Shown here piece after piece: positions 6,773-16,893 of a DNA stretch of 36,834 bases; position 1 is the stretch's first letter; each line of letters starts with the position of its first letter. A program made the translations under genes and the position numbers. The notes under the pieces were generated by a model that saw only the letters and a list, made by a program, of their open reading frames with translations, was not told where the DNA came from and ran no database searches. The DNA is from Dehalococcoidia bacterium (GTDB lineage Bacteria > Chloroflexota > Dehalococcoidia > GIF9 > AB-539-J10): the NCBI GenBank assembly GCA_030606165.1, contig JAUWGZ010000003.1, forward strand, positions 1 to 36,834, given 5' to 3'.

Positions 6773-8149
6773 TTAAGAGGCGGAAATCAGCTCAGCCTCT
6801 AAATTATCAAATTTGACAACCCTGCTCAGGAAGCGCAGCTTAATTTGTCCTAAAGGACCATTGCGGTGTTTGGCTATGTTAATATCGGCGATGCCGCGGG
6901 GATAAGGTTCCTTTTCAATATCATGCACCTTGCTCCAGTCTTCGGCGGAAAAATACATGTCGTCTCGATAGATGAAAAGAACGACATCAGCATCTTGCTC
7001 GATACTGCCACTTTCGCGCAAGTCAGCAAGCTGAGGTACATGGGAGGCTCGCCATTCTACGGCTCGACTGAGTTGGGACACCGCTAGTATGGGCACATTT
7101 AGCTCCCTGGCCAGGGTTTTTAAGGCACGGGTTATCTTGCTAATTTCCTGGACCCGAGTTTCATTCTTGCCATCGCCTTGTATCAGTTGTAGATAATCCA
7201 CGATAATCAGGTCGATGTTGCGTTCGAAGTGAAGGCGTCGTGCCTTACTTCTTATATCCAAAGCGCGAAGTTGAGGCGAATCATCAATATAAATCGGCGC
7301 CTCGGATAAGACGCCGCTGGCTTCCATAATTTTTATCTCATCTTTCTCACCAAAGCGCCCAAGACGAACCTTTCTAGAATCCACCCCAGATTCGCTGGAC
7401 AGAAGCCTCTGCACCACCGCGTCTCGGGACATCTCTAAGCTGCATAAAGCAACGCAAGCCTTCTGGTTAATAGCGGCATTTCTGGCAATATTCAGGGCCA
7501 GGCTCGTTTTGCCCAAGCTAGGCCTGGCAGCCAAAACAATTAAGTCAGACCTCTGTAATCCTCCCAAAAAATCATCCAGGGCGGCAAAACCAGTCAGAAT
7601 ATGAAGTATTTCCCCTTCCCGCGGTGCGGTAGACGAACCAGCCTCCTCGAAGTATTGGCCCAAAGCATCCCGAATGGGGACGAAATCCCGGGGTTCCCGC
7701 CTCATTCGCACTTGAAACAGGATATCTTCAGCTTTATTGAGGCTAGCCTCAACCTCCGGGCTGGCTTCGTAGCCAAGAGCTTCGATTTGCCCAGCGGCAG
7801 CGATCAGCCGCCGCATTATTGCTGCATTGGATACTATTTGAGCATAATATTCAACATGGAGGGATGTGGGCACATTACTTATTAAATGGCTCAAGAAGGC
7901 AGCACCGCCGATTTGCTCCAGCTTGTCCTGACGCATTAGCTCATGAGCCACTGTAATCTGGTTTATAGCTTCGTTGCGCTGATAAAGAGAGAGACACGCC
8001 TGGTAAATCACCCGATTTGTTTCTGAAAAAAAATCCTCGGCCTTGAGGGAAACGGCGACTTTCAATATGGCCTCAGGGTCAATAAGCAGAGACCCAACTA
8101 CTGCCTCCTCAGCTTCAATATCATGGGGTGGTAATTTTTCCTCTGCCAT
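6773..8149 (-). CDS. dnaB: Replicative DNA helicase
   Basis: PPHDIEAEEAV, AARPSLGKT, IIVDYLQL, SQLSR, DLRESGSIEQDAD and IAKHRNGP motifs. Confidence 0.98.
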   Translation of the reverse strand: MAEEKLPPHDIEAEEAVVGSLLIDPEAILKVAVSLKAEDFFSETNRVIYQACLSLYQRNEAINQITVAHELMRQDKLEQIGGAAFLSHLISNVPTSLHVEYYAQIVSNAAIMRRLIAAAGQIEALGYEASPEVEASLNKAEDILFQVRMRREPRDFVPIRDALGQYFEEAGSSTAPREGEILHILTGFAALDDFLGGLQRSDLIVLAARPSLGKTSLALNIARNAAINQKACVALCSLEMSRDAVVQRLLSSESGVDSRKVRLGRFGEKDEIKIMEASGVLSEAPIYIDDSPQLRALDIRSKARRLHFERNIDLIIVDYLQLIQGDGKNETRVQEISKITRALKTLARELNVPILAVSQLSRAVEWRASHVPQLADLRESGSIEQDADVVLFIYRDDMYFSAEDWSKVHDIEKEPYPRGIADINIAKHRNGPLGQIKLRFLSRVVKFDNLEAELISAS

Positions 8150-8151
8150 GC

Positions 8152-8760
8152 CTAATCTTTCTCTTTCTTCTTCCCTGGCTTTTTCTCTGCCTTCTTCTCT
8201 GCCTTCTTCTCCGCCTTTTTCTCTTTCTCCTTCTCTGCCTTCTTCCCTGGCTTTTTCTCTGCCTTTTTCTCTGTCTTCTTCTCCGCTTTTTTCTCTGTCT
8301 TCTTCTCTTTCTCTTTCCCTTCTTCGATAACCACCGTAATTTGCGGATTAAGGTCGCTGGCTAACTTAACAGCTACTTCATAGCTGCCTGTTTTGCGTAA
8401 AGATTCCCCTATGTCTATTTTCTTCTTATCAATAACAGACCCTATGGCCTGACTTAATTCTTCAGCTACGTCGGCAGCGGTAATAGAGCCAAACAAGCGC
8501 TCTCCGGCACCCATGCGAGCTTTAAAACGAATTTCCTTTCCCTCAATTTGCTGAGCCAGTTCAACTAGTTTATCCCGGTCAATACTTTCCTCAAGCTTCT
8601 CCTTCTCTAGACTGGACTCTACTTGTTTAATGACCGCGGGGGTGGCTAGCAAAGCTAAACCCCGAGGCAAAAGGAAATGCCTGGCATAACCTTTGCTTAC
8701 CTCCTTTATCTCTCCAGCCTTTCCCTTTCCGGGGAGGTCTTCTAGTAAAACAACTTTCAT
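8152..8760 (-). CDS. rplI: 50S ribosomal protein L9 with Lys/Glu-rich repetitive C-terminal tail
   Basis: [36 protein letters not shown] and LFGSIT motifs; ATG 8760 with SD GAGGAGG. Confidence 0.97.
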   Translation of the reverse strand: MKVVLLEDLPGKGKAGEIKEVSKGYARHFLLPRGLALLATPAVIKQVESSLEKEKLEESIDRDKLVELAQQIEGKEIRFKARMGAGERLFGSITAADVAEELSQAIGSVIDKKKIDIGESLRKTGSYEVAVKLASDLNPQITVVIEEGKEKEKKTEKKAEKKTEKKAEKKPGKKAEKEKEKKAEKKAEKKAEKKPGKKKEKD

Positions 8761-8772
8761 AAAATTCCTCCT

Positions 8773-8796
8773 CAGCACTCAGCGCGCTGAGTGCTG
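8773..8796. repeat. Perfect 24-bp palindrome in the trxB-rplI spacer
   Basis: CAGCACTCAGCGCGCTGAGTGCTG equals its own reverse complement. Confidence 0.9.
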
Positions 8797-8798
8797 GG

Positions 8799-9743
8799 TC
8801 AAAACGACAGAGATCTCTCTGCTGATATGGCAGCAGTAGCGCCGTCTCCAGCAGCAGTTACCGCCTGCCTGGCTGAATTGTGGCGGATATCTCCAGCAGC
8901 AAATATTCCTAGAATCTTCGTTTCCATGAGTTCATTGGTGATTATGTAGCCTACTTCGTCCAAAGGCAACAACCCCCGCCACTGAGCACTATTGGGCTCC
9001 GAGCCGATAGCCACAAAAACACCAGCCAGCTCTAATGTTGATATTTTATCATTTTTGGTGTTTTTTAGCACGAGTTGCTTAACTAACCCATCACCTTCAA
9101 TTTGGGTTACTACAGTACCCCAAATAAACTCTATCTTTGGTTCGCCCATAGCTCTTTCCTGAAATATCTTGCTGGCTCGAAGCTGGCTGCGACGGTGAAT
9201 GACCTTAACCGAGGAAGCAAACTTACTCAAGTAGAGAGCCTCAGTTATGGCAGCGTCGCCGCCACCTACTACAGCCACTGCTTTACCTTTGAATAAAGGG
9301 CCGTCACAGGTAGCACAATAGGAAACTCCCTTGCCCAAAAGTTTATCTTCCCCAGGCACGCCTAGTTTGCGAAATTGCGAGCCAGAGGCAATGATTATCG
9401 ACTCAGATACAAAATCGCCTTCACTGGTGCTGACCAGATTACGCTTCTGGCTGGGCACTGCTTTGGTAACCTCGGCAAGCAAGGTTTCCAATCCATAGCT
9501 AATGGCTTGCTCATGGATAAGTTGTCCTAAATCAATACCTGAGATACCCTTGGGAAAGCCAGGGTAATTCTCAACTCGCTCAGCATTGGTTATTTGCCCG
9601 CCAATTATTCCCTTTTCGATAAGCAAAGTATTAAGCCTCGAGCGGGCGCAATATAGCCCGGCAGCGAGTCCCGCCGGTCCACCACCAATGATGACTACTT
9701 GATAAGTCTTTTCGGGATTGCTTCGTTTCACTCGCAATAACAT
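8799..9743 (-). CDS. trxB: Thioredoxin-disulfide reductase
   Basis: GGGPAG, GGQI, ENYPGF, CATC active site, GGGDAA, FAAGD and QAVTAAGDG motifs. Start uncertain; ATG 9743 chosen. Confidence 0.95.
   Translation of the reverse strand: MLLRVKRSNPEKTYQVVIIGGGPAGLAAGLYCARSRLNTLLIEKGIIGGQITNAERVENYPGFPKGISGIDLGQLIHEQAISYGLETLLAEVTKAVPSQKRNLVSTSEGDFVSESIIIASGSQFRKLGVPGEDKLLGKGVSYCATCDGPLFKGKAVAVVGGGDAAITEALYLSKFASSVKVIHRRSQLRASKIFQERAMGEPKIEFIWGTVVTQIEGDGLVKQLVLKNTKNDKISTLELAGVFVAIGSEPNSAQWRGLLPLDEVGYIITNELMETKILGIFAAGDIRHNSARQAVTAAGDGATAAISAERSLSF
9714..9741. repeat. REP-like palindromic element at the trxB N-terminus
   Basis: GGGATTGCTTCGTTTCACTCGCAATAAC; the first 24 nt are 21/24 identical to 29029-29052. 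Confidence 0.75.
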
Positions 9744-9800
9744 TACTTTAACCTGTAGCTGCTCCCTCCCACAAATCACAGCGTGCCTACCCTAACCACT

Positions 9801-10958
9801 TTAGAATTCCTGCTTAATCCTATCAAGCATTCCTGGTTGGAGGATATCAGCCACAGTCATAGCCATTGCCTTGGCTGCATCCATTAAGCCTTCGTGTCCT
9901 GCTTCAGAGGCGGCTGCGGAGGCAAACTCCTGTGTATGTATGAACACCCCAGGCGAAGCTATGGCTATCGTAGGATGTATGCTCGGTACCACTTGACTGA
10001 CGTTTCCCATATCTGTGCTGCCAAAGCCAAAACGAGGGTCGAAGGCTTCGACATGTCGCCCCAGCGATTCTAGATTTTGCTTGAATAGCCCGGCTAAAGT
10101 CGCATTGTTTTTCATCGGAGCATAGGCCCTGTCTCTCCACCTATATTCTAATCTTGCCCCGCTGGCTACAGATGCTCCTGTAAAACAGTTTAAAACCTTA
10201 TCCTTCAACTCAGCAAGATACTCATTATCTGGAGCACGTACCAAAAACACGGCAGCGCTGTGAGCAGGCACTACGTTAGGAGCTTCACCTCCGTCTGTGA
10301 TTATGCCATGGATGCGTGCTTCACTCCTTATGTGTTGACGCAATGAATTTATAGAAGTGAAAGCTAATACCATAGCTTCAAGGGCATTTATACCCTCGTA
10401 AGGTTGGGCAGCAGCGTGGGCTGGCCGGCCAAAAAATTCCACCTCCAGGGAGCTGCAGGCAAGCGCTTCTATGTCTACCATATTTCGGAGATTGGGATGT
10501 ATTATCATAGCCACATCTATTTCTTTGAAGGTTCCCGCTTTCACCATGTCTATCTTGCCACCGAAGACTTCCTCTCCAGGAGTGCCCAGAACCACAACAC
10601 TGCCTCCTAACTGGTCAATTATAGATTTACTGGCCACAGCAGCCCCGACTGCCGAAGTAGCTATTATATTATGCCCACAGCCATGTCCTATTTTGGGTAA
10701 AGCATCATATTCGGCAAGCAAGGCAATTCTCGGGCTACCCTGGCCATACGTCGCTCGAAAGGCTGTAGCCAAGCCGGCAATGCCTCGTTCTACATGAAAT
10801 CCATTGTCTTCAAGATAGATAGCAAGCCAAGCCGATGCCTTTTCCTCTTCGAAGCCCAACTCTGGGTTATCATGGATATTAAGGCTCAACTGAATAAGTT
10901 GCTGCCTTTGCAATTCGACGCTATCTTTTACCTTTAGCTTCAGTTTTCCTATCTCCAA
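9801..10958 (-). CDS. M20 family amidohydrolase (ACY1L2/AbgB-like)
   Basis: IHDNPELGFEE, AEYDALP..GHGCGHN, GTPGEE and GSTDMGNVS motifs. Confidence 0.92.
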   Translation of the reverse strand: MEIGKLKLKVKDSVELQRQQLIQLSLNIHDNPELGFEEEKASAWLAIYLEDNGFHVERGIAGLATAFRATYGQGSPRIALLAEYDALPKIGHGCGHNIIATSAVGAAVASKSIIDQLGGSVVVLGTPGEEVFGGKIDMVKAGTFKEIDVAMIIHPNLRNMVDIEALACSSLEVEFFGRPAHAAAQPYEGINALEAMVLAFTSINSLRQHIRSEARIHGIITDGGEAPNVVPAHSAAVFLVRAPDNEYLAELKDKVLNCFTGASVASGARLEYRWRDRAYAPMKNNATLAGLFKQNLESLGRHVEAFDPRFGFGSTDMGNVSQVVPSIHPTIAIASPGVFIHTQEFASAAASEAGHEGLMDAAKAMAMTVADILQPGMLDRIKQEF

Positions 10959-10978
10959 GGTTGTTTAGCCCTCCCTTC

Positions 10979-11008
10979 TGTCATTCTGACACTTCCGCTC
11001 AGGTGACA
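10979..11008. repeat. Degenerate REP-like inverted repeat in the divergent intergenic region
   Basis: TGTCATTCTGA-CACTTCCGC-TCAGGTGACA; shares the GTCATTCTGA end of element 5849-5875. Confidence 0.5.
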
Positions 11009-11034
11009 AAATAATCGTTTTCTATTCCCAATAC

Positions 11035-11063
11035 TTGAACCTCTTATGAATAGTTATTATACT
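11035..11063 (+). promoter_or_regulatory. Sigma70-type promoter of the yceD-rpmF-fabD-nusB operon
   Basis: TTGAAC-N17-TATACT. Confidence 0.55.
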
Positions 11064-11096
11064 TTGTACTTGATCTAAATTTCTAGGCTATGACAG

Positions 11097-11537
11097 ATGG
11101 AAAAAGAACCTCTGAGGGCTTTGATAAATGTAGCTCAGTTGTTGAAAGAGCCCATTGGCTCTAGCCAGAGCCATGATATAAGTGGGACGATTGGTGAGGA
11201 AGTTGAAGGTTTTGTTGAAGGAAAGGCAAATGTGATTCGTATCGGTCGGGGAGTTTTAGTTCAGTGTAAATTAACTGCTGAGGTAAAACTCATATGTAGC
11301 CGCTGCCTCAAGACATTCTTATGCCCAATAAGTTTCACCGCCGAAGAAGAATTTCTTCCGATATCCGATGTGTCTGGTGATGTAGCACGCTCTTTGCCGG
11401 AACAATCAGAAGGGTTCACCATTGATAATAAAAATGTACTTGACCTGAGCGAGCTAATACGGCAATATATCTTGATAAATTTGCCCATGAAACCACTATG
11501 TCGACCTGAATGCCCAGGAATGAAGGAGGCGAATTAA
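11097..11537 (+). CDS. yceD: DUF177/YceD family protein
   Basis: CSRCL and PMKPLCRPECPG motifs; immediately upstream of rpmF. Confidence 0.9.
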   Translation: MEKEPLRALINVAQLLKEPIGSSQSHDISGTIGEEVEGFVEGKANVIRIGRGVLVQCKLTAEVKLICSRCLKTFLCPISFTAEEEFLPISDVSGDVARSLPEQSEGFTIDNKNVLDLSELIRQYILINLPMKPLCRPECPGMKEAN

Positions 11538-11538
11538 C

Positions 11539-11727
11539 ATGGCGTTACCTAAGAAAAAAACTGCTAAATCTCGCCAGGGAAAAAGGCGCAGCCACCTTAA
11601 ACTAACTCCGCCTGCCACGGATGTGTGCCCACATTGTCACAGTCCTAAGCTACCTCACCATGTTTGCCCTAACTGTGGCTGGTACAATGATAGAGAAGTA
11701 ATTGAGGTCAAACCCGCCAAGAAATAG
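11539..11727 (+). CDS. rpmF: 50S ribosomal protein L32 (Zn-ribbon type)
   Basis: MALPKKKTAKSRQGKRRSH...CPHC...HHVCPNCGWY. Confidence 0.97.
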   Translation: MALPKKKTAKSRQGKRRSHLKLTPPATDVCPHCHSPKLPHHVCPNCGWYNDREVIEVKPAKK

Positions 11728-11732
11728 TTCGC

Positions 11733-12683
11733 ATGTCTGAGTTACCCAAGGTAGCTTATGTTTTCCCAGGGCAGGGCTCCCAAAGCCCTGGTATGGGGCT
11801 GGACCTGTACAAAAGCTATCCTTCAGCCAAGGAAGTCTTTGATGGAGCTGATGCTTCTTTAGGCTTTTCCCTCTCTAGTTTATGCTTTGAAGGTCCAGAG
11901 AAGGAATTGACGAAGACGCATAACGTCCAGCCAGCGATACTAGTCGTCAGCATCGCCTGCCTTAAAGCGCTTGAAGAGGCAACCATAGCTAATTTCCCCT
12001 CTCCCACGTTTGTTGCTGGACATAGTTTGGGTGAATATACTGCTCTGGTTGCTGCTGGTGCGCTGGGCTTGACTGATGCTGTTTTGCTTGTCAGGGAAAG
12101 AGGGAGATTAATGTATGAAGCTGGGCTAAAAAATCCCGGGAGCATGCTGGCTGTAATAGGGCTTGGTGAAGAAACAGTTAGGGATATAAGCTTTCATAGT
12201 GGAACTGAAATCTCCAATATAAACTGTCCCGGGCAGATTGTAGTCAGTGGTGCTGCCCAGGCTCTGGCTGAAGCTGATAAATTAGCCAGGATAAAAGGTG
12301 CTCGTGCCGTTATTCCTTTGAAGGTTAGCGGGGCCTTTCATTCTGCCTTAATGGAGCCAATCATAGCTGAATTCAGTAAAATAGTCTCGAGCTTTGCGTT
12401 CCATCCACCAGTCATCCCCATAATATCTAATGTGGCTGCTCGGCCGTTAACCGATGTTGATTCGATAAAAGAAGAGCTGGTGAAGCAGCTTCGTAATTGC
12501 ATCCAATGGCAAAGGTCGGTGGAATATATGATGCAAGGTGGGGTCACCACCTTTTATGAGATAGGTCCAGGGAGAGTGCTCAGCGGTTTACTCAGGCGAA
12601 TCAATTCAGAACTCCAAACTTTCAATATATCGGGACCTGAGGATATAGCGCAGCTAGCATCTAAAGAGGGACCAACTAACTAA
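11733..12683 (+). CDS. fabD: Malonyl-CoA-ACP transacylase
   Basis: FPGQGSQ, GHSLGEY, SGAFHS and EIGPG motifs. Confidence 0.96.
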   Translation: MSELPKVAYVFPGQGSQSPGMGLDLYKSYPSAKEVFDGADASLGFSLSSLCFEGPEKELTKTHNVQPAILVVSIACLKALEEATIANFPSPTFVAGHSLGEYTALVAAGALGLTDAVLLVRERGRLMYEAGLKNPGSMLAVIGLGEETVRDISFHSGTEISNINCPGQIVVSGAAQALAEADKLARIKGARAVIPLKVSGAFHSALMEPIIAEFSKIVSSFAFHPPVIPIISNVAARPLTDVDSIKEELVKQLRNCIQWQRSVEYMMQGGVTTFYEIGPGRVLSGLLRRINSELQTFNISGPEDIAQLASKEGPTN

Positions 12684-13099
12684 TGGCTGGCACCAGGCGA
12701 AAAGCGAGAATCGTTGCTCTCCAAACGCTTTATGAGCTTGATTGCACGAAGCATAAGGCGGAGGAAGCTTTGGCTCACCTGAGAGCGGGGGAAACGCTGC
12801 CCCAAGAAGCACTTAGCTTCAGTGAGGAGCTTGTGAAAGGAGTGCTACAGAACAAATCTGAGCTTGATGCCCTCATTAAAAAGTTTGCTCCAGCTTTTCC
12901 CCCGGAGCAAATGTCGGTCATTGATAGAAATATTTTGCGCTTGGCTATTTTCGAAATTTTATTTAGCGATAAAACTCCGCTCAAGGTAGCTATAAACGAG
13001 GCTATAGAGTTAGCCAAGGAATTCGGAGGCGATTCTTCCCCCCGATTAATCAACGGAGTATTGGGCTCAATAACAACTGAACGCGGCGTAGAACGATAA
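12683..13099 (+). CDS. nusB: Transcription antitermination factor NusB
   Basis: [39 protein letters not shown] and INGVLG motifs. Confidence 0.96.
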   Translation: MAGTRRKARIVALQTLYELDCTKHKAEEALAHLRAGETLPQEALSFSEELVKGVLQNKSELDALIKKFAPAFPPEQMSVIDRNILRLAIFEILFSDKTPLKVAINEAIELAKEFGGDSSPRLINGVLGSITTERGVER

Positions 13100-13182
13100 A
13101 GACTCCCTAAGGGACATGAGAGCCTTGTCTGCTCTCCGGTAACCTCTTAACCGGGGTGATGTCCCACAAAAGATAAATTTTC

Positions 13183-13212
13183 TTGACAGTACAATTAAAT
13201 GTAATGTAAAAT
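13183..13212 (+). promoter_or_regulatory. Sigma70-type promoter of the sigma54-like/HK/bEBP operon (near-leaderless)
   Basis: TTGACA-N18-TAAAAT ending 10 nt before ATG 13222; no SD visible. Confidence 0.55.
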
Positions 13213-13221
13213 ATTTATACA

Positions 13222-14337
13222 ATGGCTAGCATGGAGATTCAACAAACACAATCCTTGCAGGCACGGCAAGAGTTCAAATTGATTATGCGACTGGAACAGG
13301 CTGGTTTGCTGGAGATGCCCGAAGAGGAGTTCAACAGGCTTACCACCGAGGTAGAAAGCAGCCCCTTGTTTAAAAAGTTATATCGGAAGGAGAGAATAAT
13401 TCGCTATCAGAGATATCCTAAGACGGATATTTCTCCTCGCTTTTATCAGCTTAATGAAGAGATTGCCGCCGGGACAGGCACTCTTGATATCGAATCCCTT
13501 TTATCTGACAAAGAAGATGTACTTCGTCGGATAAAGAAAATAGGTAGGGAGAATTTTGAGCGATATTTCTTATATCCTGAACCTGGGGTAAGCGTAGGAG
13601 AGGTCGCTAAAGAGTGCAATTTGGAGCTTGCAGAGGTTGAGGAGATAAATAGGCTCATTAACGAATTCTCCATTATGAACGAGTTTTACAACCCTTCTGC
13701 TCTCAGTTCAGAACATGGAATTTACTACTCCAAGGTCGCTTCGATAGAAAGGGGGGCTGAGGGTTTTATTATCGGCTATCTCTCACCTTCTTATGCTCGG
13801 GGAAGATATTCGATTGACTATGAGAGATTTGAGGAATTGAAGGGCAGCGGAGTTGTCAGTGGTGCTGAGGCAAAAGAAATCAGGCAGCTATTTAAGAGGC
13901 TAGAGCTAATCAATAGCCGTAAGGACACGGTAACTCGGATATTGCAAGGGATTGTGGAAAAGCAAGCACCCTATTTCGAATCCGGTAACGGCAAAGCTGT
14001 CCTGCCATTTAGCCAAAAGGAGCTAGCTGAAAGGATTGGGGTCGTTCCAAGCTCAATTAGCCGCGCCATTGGCGGCAAAAGCCTTGAGACGCCCTGGGGT
14101 GAAGAGAAAGCTCTTAAGGATTTCTTTCCTCGGCCGAGAATGTTCAGGAAGGAACTGGTCAGGCAGCTTCTTGAAACAGGGGAGGAATTCCCCTCTGATG
14201 AAGCGATTAAAGCTAAACTTGAACAAACATTTGGCGTTTCTATTTCCCGTCGCTCAATAGCAGATTTAAGAAAGGAGTTGAAATTTCCCTCGGCTTGGAA
14301 GAGAAAACAAGCTTTGCCTCAGCAGAGGAAACTATGA
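13222..14337 (+). CDS. rpoN: Divergent, short sigma-54 (RpoN)-like factor
   Basis: Gln/Leu-rich region I (QQTQSLQ...LEQAGLLEMP...ESSPLF); -12 HTH (PFSQKELAERIGVVPSSISRA...ETPWG...LKDFF); C-terminal SDEAI...SRRSIADLRKELKFPS (degenerate RpoN box). Confidence 0.8.
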   Translation: MASMEIQQTQSLQARQEFKLIMRLEQAGLLEMPEEEFNRLTTEVESSPLFKKLYRKERIIRYQRYPKTDISPRFYQLNEEIAAGTGTLDIESLLSDKEDVLRRIKKIGRENFERYFLYPEPGVSVGEVAKECNLELAEVEEINRLINEFSIMNEFYNPSALSSEHGIYYSKVASIERGAEGFIIGYLSPSYARGRYSIDYERFEELKGSGVVSGAEAKEIRQLFKRLELINSRKDTVTRILQGIVEKQAPYFESGNGKAVLPFSQKELAERIGVVPSSISRAIGGKSLETPWGEEKALKDFFPRPRMFRKELVRQLLETGEEFPSDEAIKAKLEQTFGVSISRRSIADLRKELKFPSAWKRKQALPQQRKL

Positions 14338-15560
14338 CTGATCATCCCACTCCAAAGAGTACATGGCAGCGCTGGAAGGATAGCATTGCAATGAAAACCA
14401 TTAAATGGTTACCGGAGAACCAGGTGTCTAGGGGTGTGCGAAGCCCACACTTCTGGATAATCGCTGCGCTAATGGCAGTTCTTACGCTCGTTTACTATGC
14501 GGGATACACTCCCTTAGCCCAATTCGGAAGCTTTTTCACCGATGCTTTTCCTCACGATTTGCATCGAACTCTGTTTTTAATTCCCATAATCTACGCAGCT
14601 CTAACTTTCAGAGTGCGGGGGGCCCTGGGTGCTTCGTTTGTTTTCTTGTGTGTTGTGTTGCCACGTACCTTTTACTCCCCATACACTGACCCGCTAGTCA
14701 GGCCGCTTCTCCTTGTCCTGTTTACCGCTTTCCTCGGGGTATTAACTGCAATGCTGATAGATCGAGTTGAGAAAGAAGAAAAGGCTCACGTCGAGCTAAA
14801 TATAGCTCACCAAAAGCTTAGCACCTATGTTCAGCAGCTAAAGGAAAGCCAAGATCAACTCATCCAGGCTGAAAAGCTGACCTCCCTGGGTCAGATGGCT
14901 GCCTCCATCGCTCACGAAATCAATAATCCTCTGGCCGGTGTCCTGGTCTACACAAGGTTGCTATCAAAGAAATTAACTGAGGATACTGCTAGGAAGGAGG
15001 AATCCTTAGATTACCTTGCCAAGATGGAATCAGAGGTGAGTCGTTGCTCAAGGATAATCCGAAACCTCCTGGATTTTGCTCGGCAGACGCAGCCAACCTT
15101 GAGGCTTGTGGACATTAACCAGGTTATAGAACAGGTCTTGGCCATGGTAGGCCATCAAGCTCAACTTCAAAACGTTGAGGTTGTGAAAGAGTTTAGCCCA
15201 TCCTTGCCTAAGGTCATGGCTGACTTCGACCAGCTTCAGCAGATATTTACCAATCTCACTCTTAATGCTATCCAGGCAATGCCTGATGGGGGCAGGCTGA
15301 CCATTCGCAGCTCAGCGGTGGATAGCGAGGTCAGGATCGATGTCCAGGATACAGGCTGTGGTATATCAAAAGAGAACATGGGCAAACTTTTCACCCCTTT
15401 CTTCACCACCAAGGCAAAAGGCAAGGGTGTAGGGTTAGGATTAGCTGTAGTTCATGGGATTATTGAGAGGCACAAGGGAAGAATCAAAGTACAAAGTGAG
15501 GTGGGGAAGGGAACCACCTTCAGCGTCTACTTGGGAGGCCACGACGATGAAAAGGGTTAA
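14334..15560 (+). CDS. Membrane-bound NtrB-type sensor histidine kinase
   Basis: About 5 N-terminal TM helices; H-box AHEINNPL, N-box NLTLNAIQA, G1 DTGCG, F FTPFFTTK, G2 GVGLGL. ATGA overlap with the rpoN-like stop. Confidence 0.93.
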   Translation: MTDHPTPKSTWQRWKDSIAMKTIKWLPENQVSRGVRSPHFWIIAALMAVLTLVYYAGYTPLAQFGSFFTDAFPHDLHRTLFLIPIIYAALTFRVRGALGASFVFLCVVLPRTFYSPYTDPLVRPLLLVLFTAFLGVLTAMLIDRVEKEEKAHVELNIAHQKLSTYVQQLKESQDQLIQAEKLTSLGQMAASIAHEINNPLAGVLVYTRLLSKKLTEDTARKEESLDYLAKMESEVSRCSRIIRNLLDFARQTQPTLRLVDINQVIEQVLAMVGHQAQLQNVEVVKEFSPSLPKVMADFDQLQQIFTNLTLNAIQAMPDGGRLTIRSSAVDSEVRIDVQDTGCGISKENMGKLFTPFFTTKAKGKGVGLGLAVVHGIIERHKGRIKVQSEVGKGTTFSVYLGGHDDEKG

Positions 15561-16893
15561 AATACTCGTGGTTGATGATGAGGCTATTGTCCGCGAGTCG
15601 CTAGGCGACTGGCTCAAGGATGTTGGCTATCAGGTTTTCACCGCTGAAAACGGTCACAAGGCGTTAGAGGTAATTGAGAAGGAAAAGCCAGGCATCATGA
15701 TTGCCGATCTGGTGATGCCAGGTATGGATGGTATTGAGTTGATGAAAAAAGCTAAAGCACAGCAACCCAAGATTGAGGTTATTATCATCACAGCCTATGC
15801 CAGCATTCCCACCGCCATCACTGCCATGAAGGAAGGGGCATACGATTACATTGAAAAGCCTTTTTGTCCCGAGAGAGCCGAATTCCTGGTCGAAAAATTA
15901 GCTGAACATCAGGAACTAGTTGAGGAAAACCTCTCCCTGCGGCAGAGATTGGAAGACCGTTACCGCTTTGAGAATATCATCGCGAAAAGCTCCAAGATGC
16001 AGCGGCTGATTGAGCTAATAAAGGTTGTGGGCAAAAGCAACGCCACCATATTGATCACAGGCGAGAGTGGCACAGGGAAGGAGTTGGTGGCACGTGCCAT
16101 TCACTCTCAGAGCCATCGCCGGAACAAGCCCTTTGTCGCTGTTAGTTGTGCCGCTTTGCCTGAAAGCCTCTTGGAAAGTGAGCTATTTGGCCATGAGAAA
16201 GGTTCCTTCACGGGAGCTTATGCTCAAAAGAAAGGTAAATTCGAGTTCGCCAATGGGGGGACACTGTTTTTGGACGAAGTCGGCGAGATGAGTGCCAATA
16301 TCCAGGTCCACCTGTTAAGGGTCTTAGAAGAGAAAGAATTTACTCGTGTCGGTGGCAATGAGCCAATCAGGGTTGATGTAAGAGTTATTTCAGCGACTAA
16401 TAAGGACTTAAGAAAGGCCATAGAAAAGCAGGAATTCCGGGAGGACCTTTATTACCGGCTCAATGTAGTTAACATTGAATTGCCTCCCTTAAGGGAAAGA
16501 AAGGAGGACGTCCCTCTATTAGCTGAACATTTCTTGCATAAGTTTGCAATGGAGAATCAGAAGGAGATCACAGGGTTCTCTCTCGAGGCCATGGAGCTTG
16601 CGCTTGATTATGACTGGCCGGGCAATGTCCGTGAGCTGGAAAATGCTATTGAAAGGGCAGTCATCCTGGCTAAGGATAGCATTATCACTATTGCTGACCT
16701 GCCTCAGGAAAATCTGTCGCCGGCTCGTTTAGCTTCAACAGGGAAAAATCTGAAGGAAATAGAGAGGAACCATGTCTTGAATATTCTCCGTGAAACCGGC
16801 GAGAACTACAGTAAGGCAGCTAGAATTTTGGGAATCAGTAGAATGACACTCTACAACAAGGCAAAGGAGTATGGTTTTGATGTAAAAAAATAG
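15547..16893 (+). CDS. Sigma54-dependent response regulator (NtrC/AtoC-type bEBP)
   Basis: REC (VVDDE, DLVMP, KPF); AAA+ with GESGTGKE, ESELFGHEKGSFTGA, LFLDEV, FREDLYYRL, WPGNVREL; Fis HTH (AARILGISRMTLY). Confidence 0.96.
   Translation: MKRVKILVVDDEAIVRESLGDWLKDVGYQVFTAENGHKALEVIEKEKPGIMIADLVMPGMDGIELMKKAKAQQPKIEVIIITAYASIPTAITAMKEGAYDYIEKPFCPERAEFLVEKLAEHQELVEENLSLRQRLEDRYRFENIIAKSSKMQRLIELIKVVGKSNATILITGESGTGKELVARAIHSQSHRRNKPFVAVSCAALPESLLESELFGHEKGSFTGAYAQKKGKFEFANGGTLFLDEVGEMSANIQVHLLRVLEEKEFTRVGGNEPIRVDVRVISATNKDLRKAIEKQEFREDLYYRLNVVNIELPPLRERKEDVPLLAEHFLHKFAMENQKEITGFSLEAMELALDYDWPGNVRELENAIERAVILAKDSIITIADLPQENLSPARLASTGKNLKEIERNHVLNILRETGENYSKAARILGISRMTLYNKAKEYGFDVKK

Noticed and set aside
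8043-8364. Plus-strand low-complexity ORFs (Ser/Leu/Phe-rich) and a possible CRISPR-like periodicity
   Set aside because: These are antisense shadows of the rplI repeat tail. The repeats are contiguous codon-level units without spacers, and no CRISPR array or cas gene is seen in the window.
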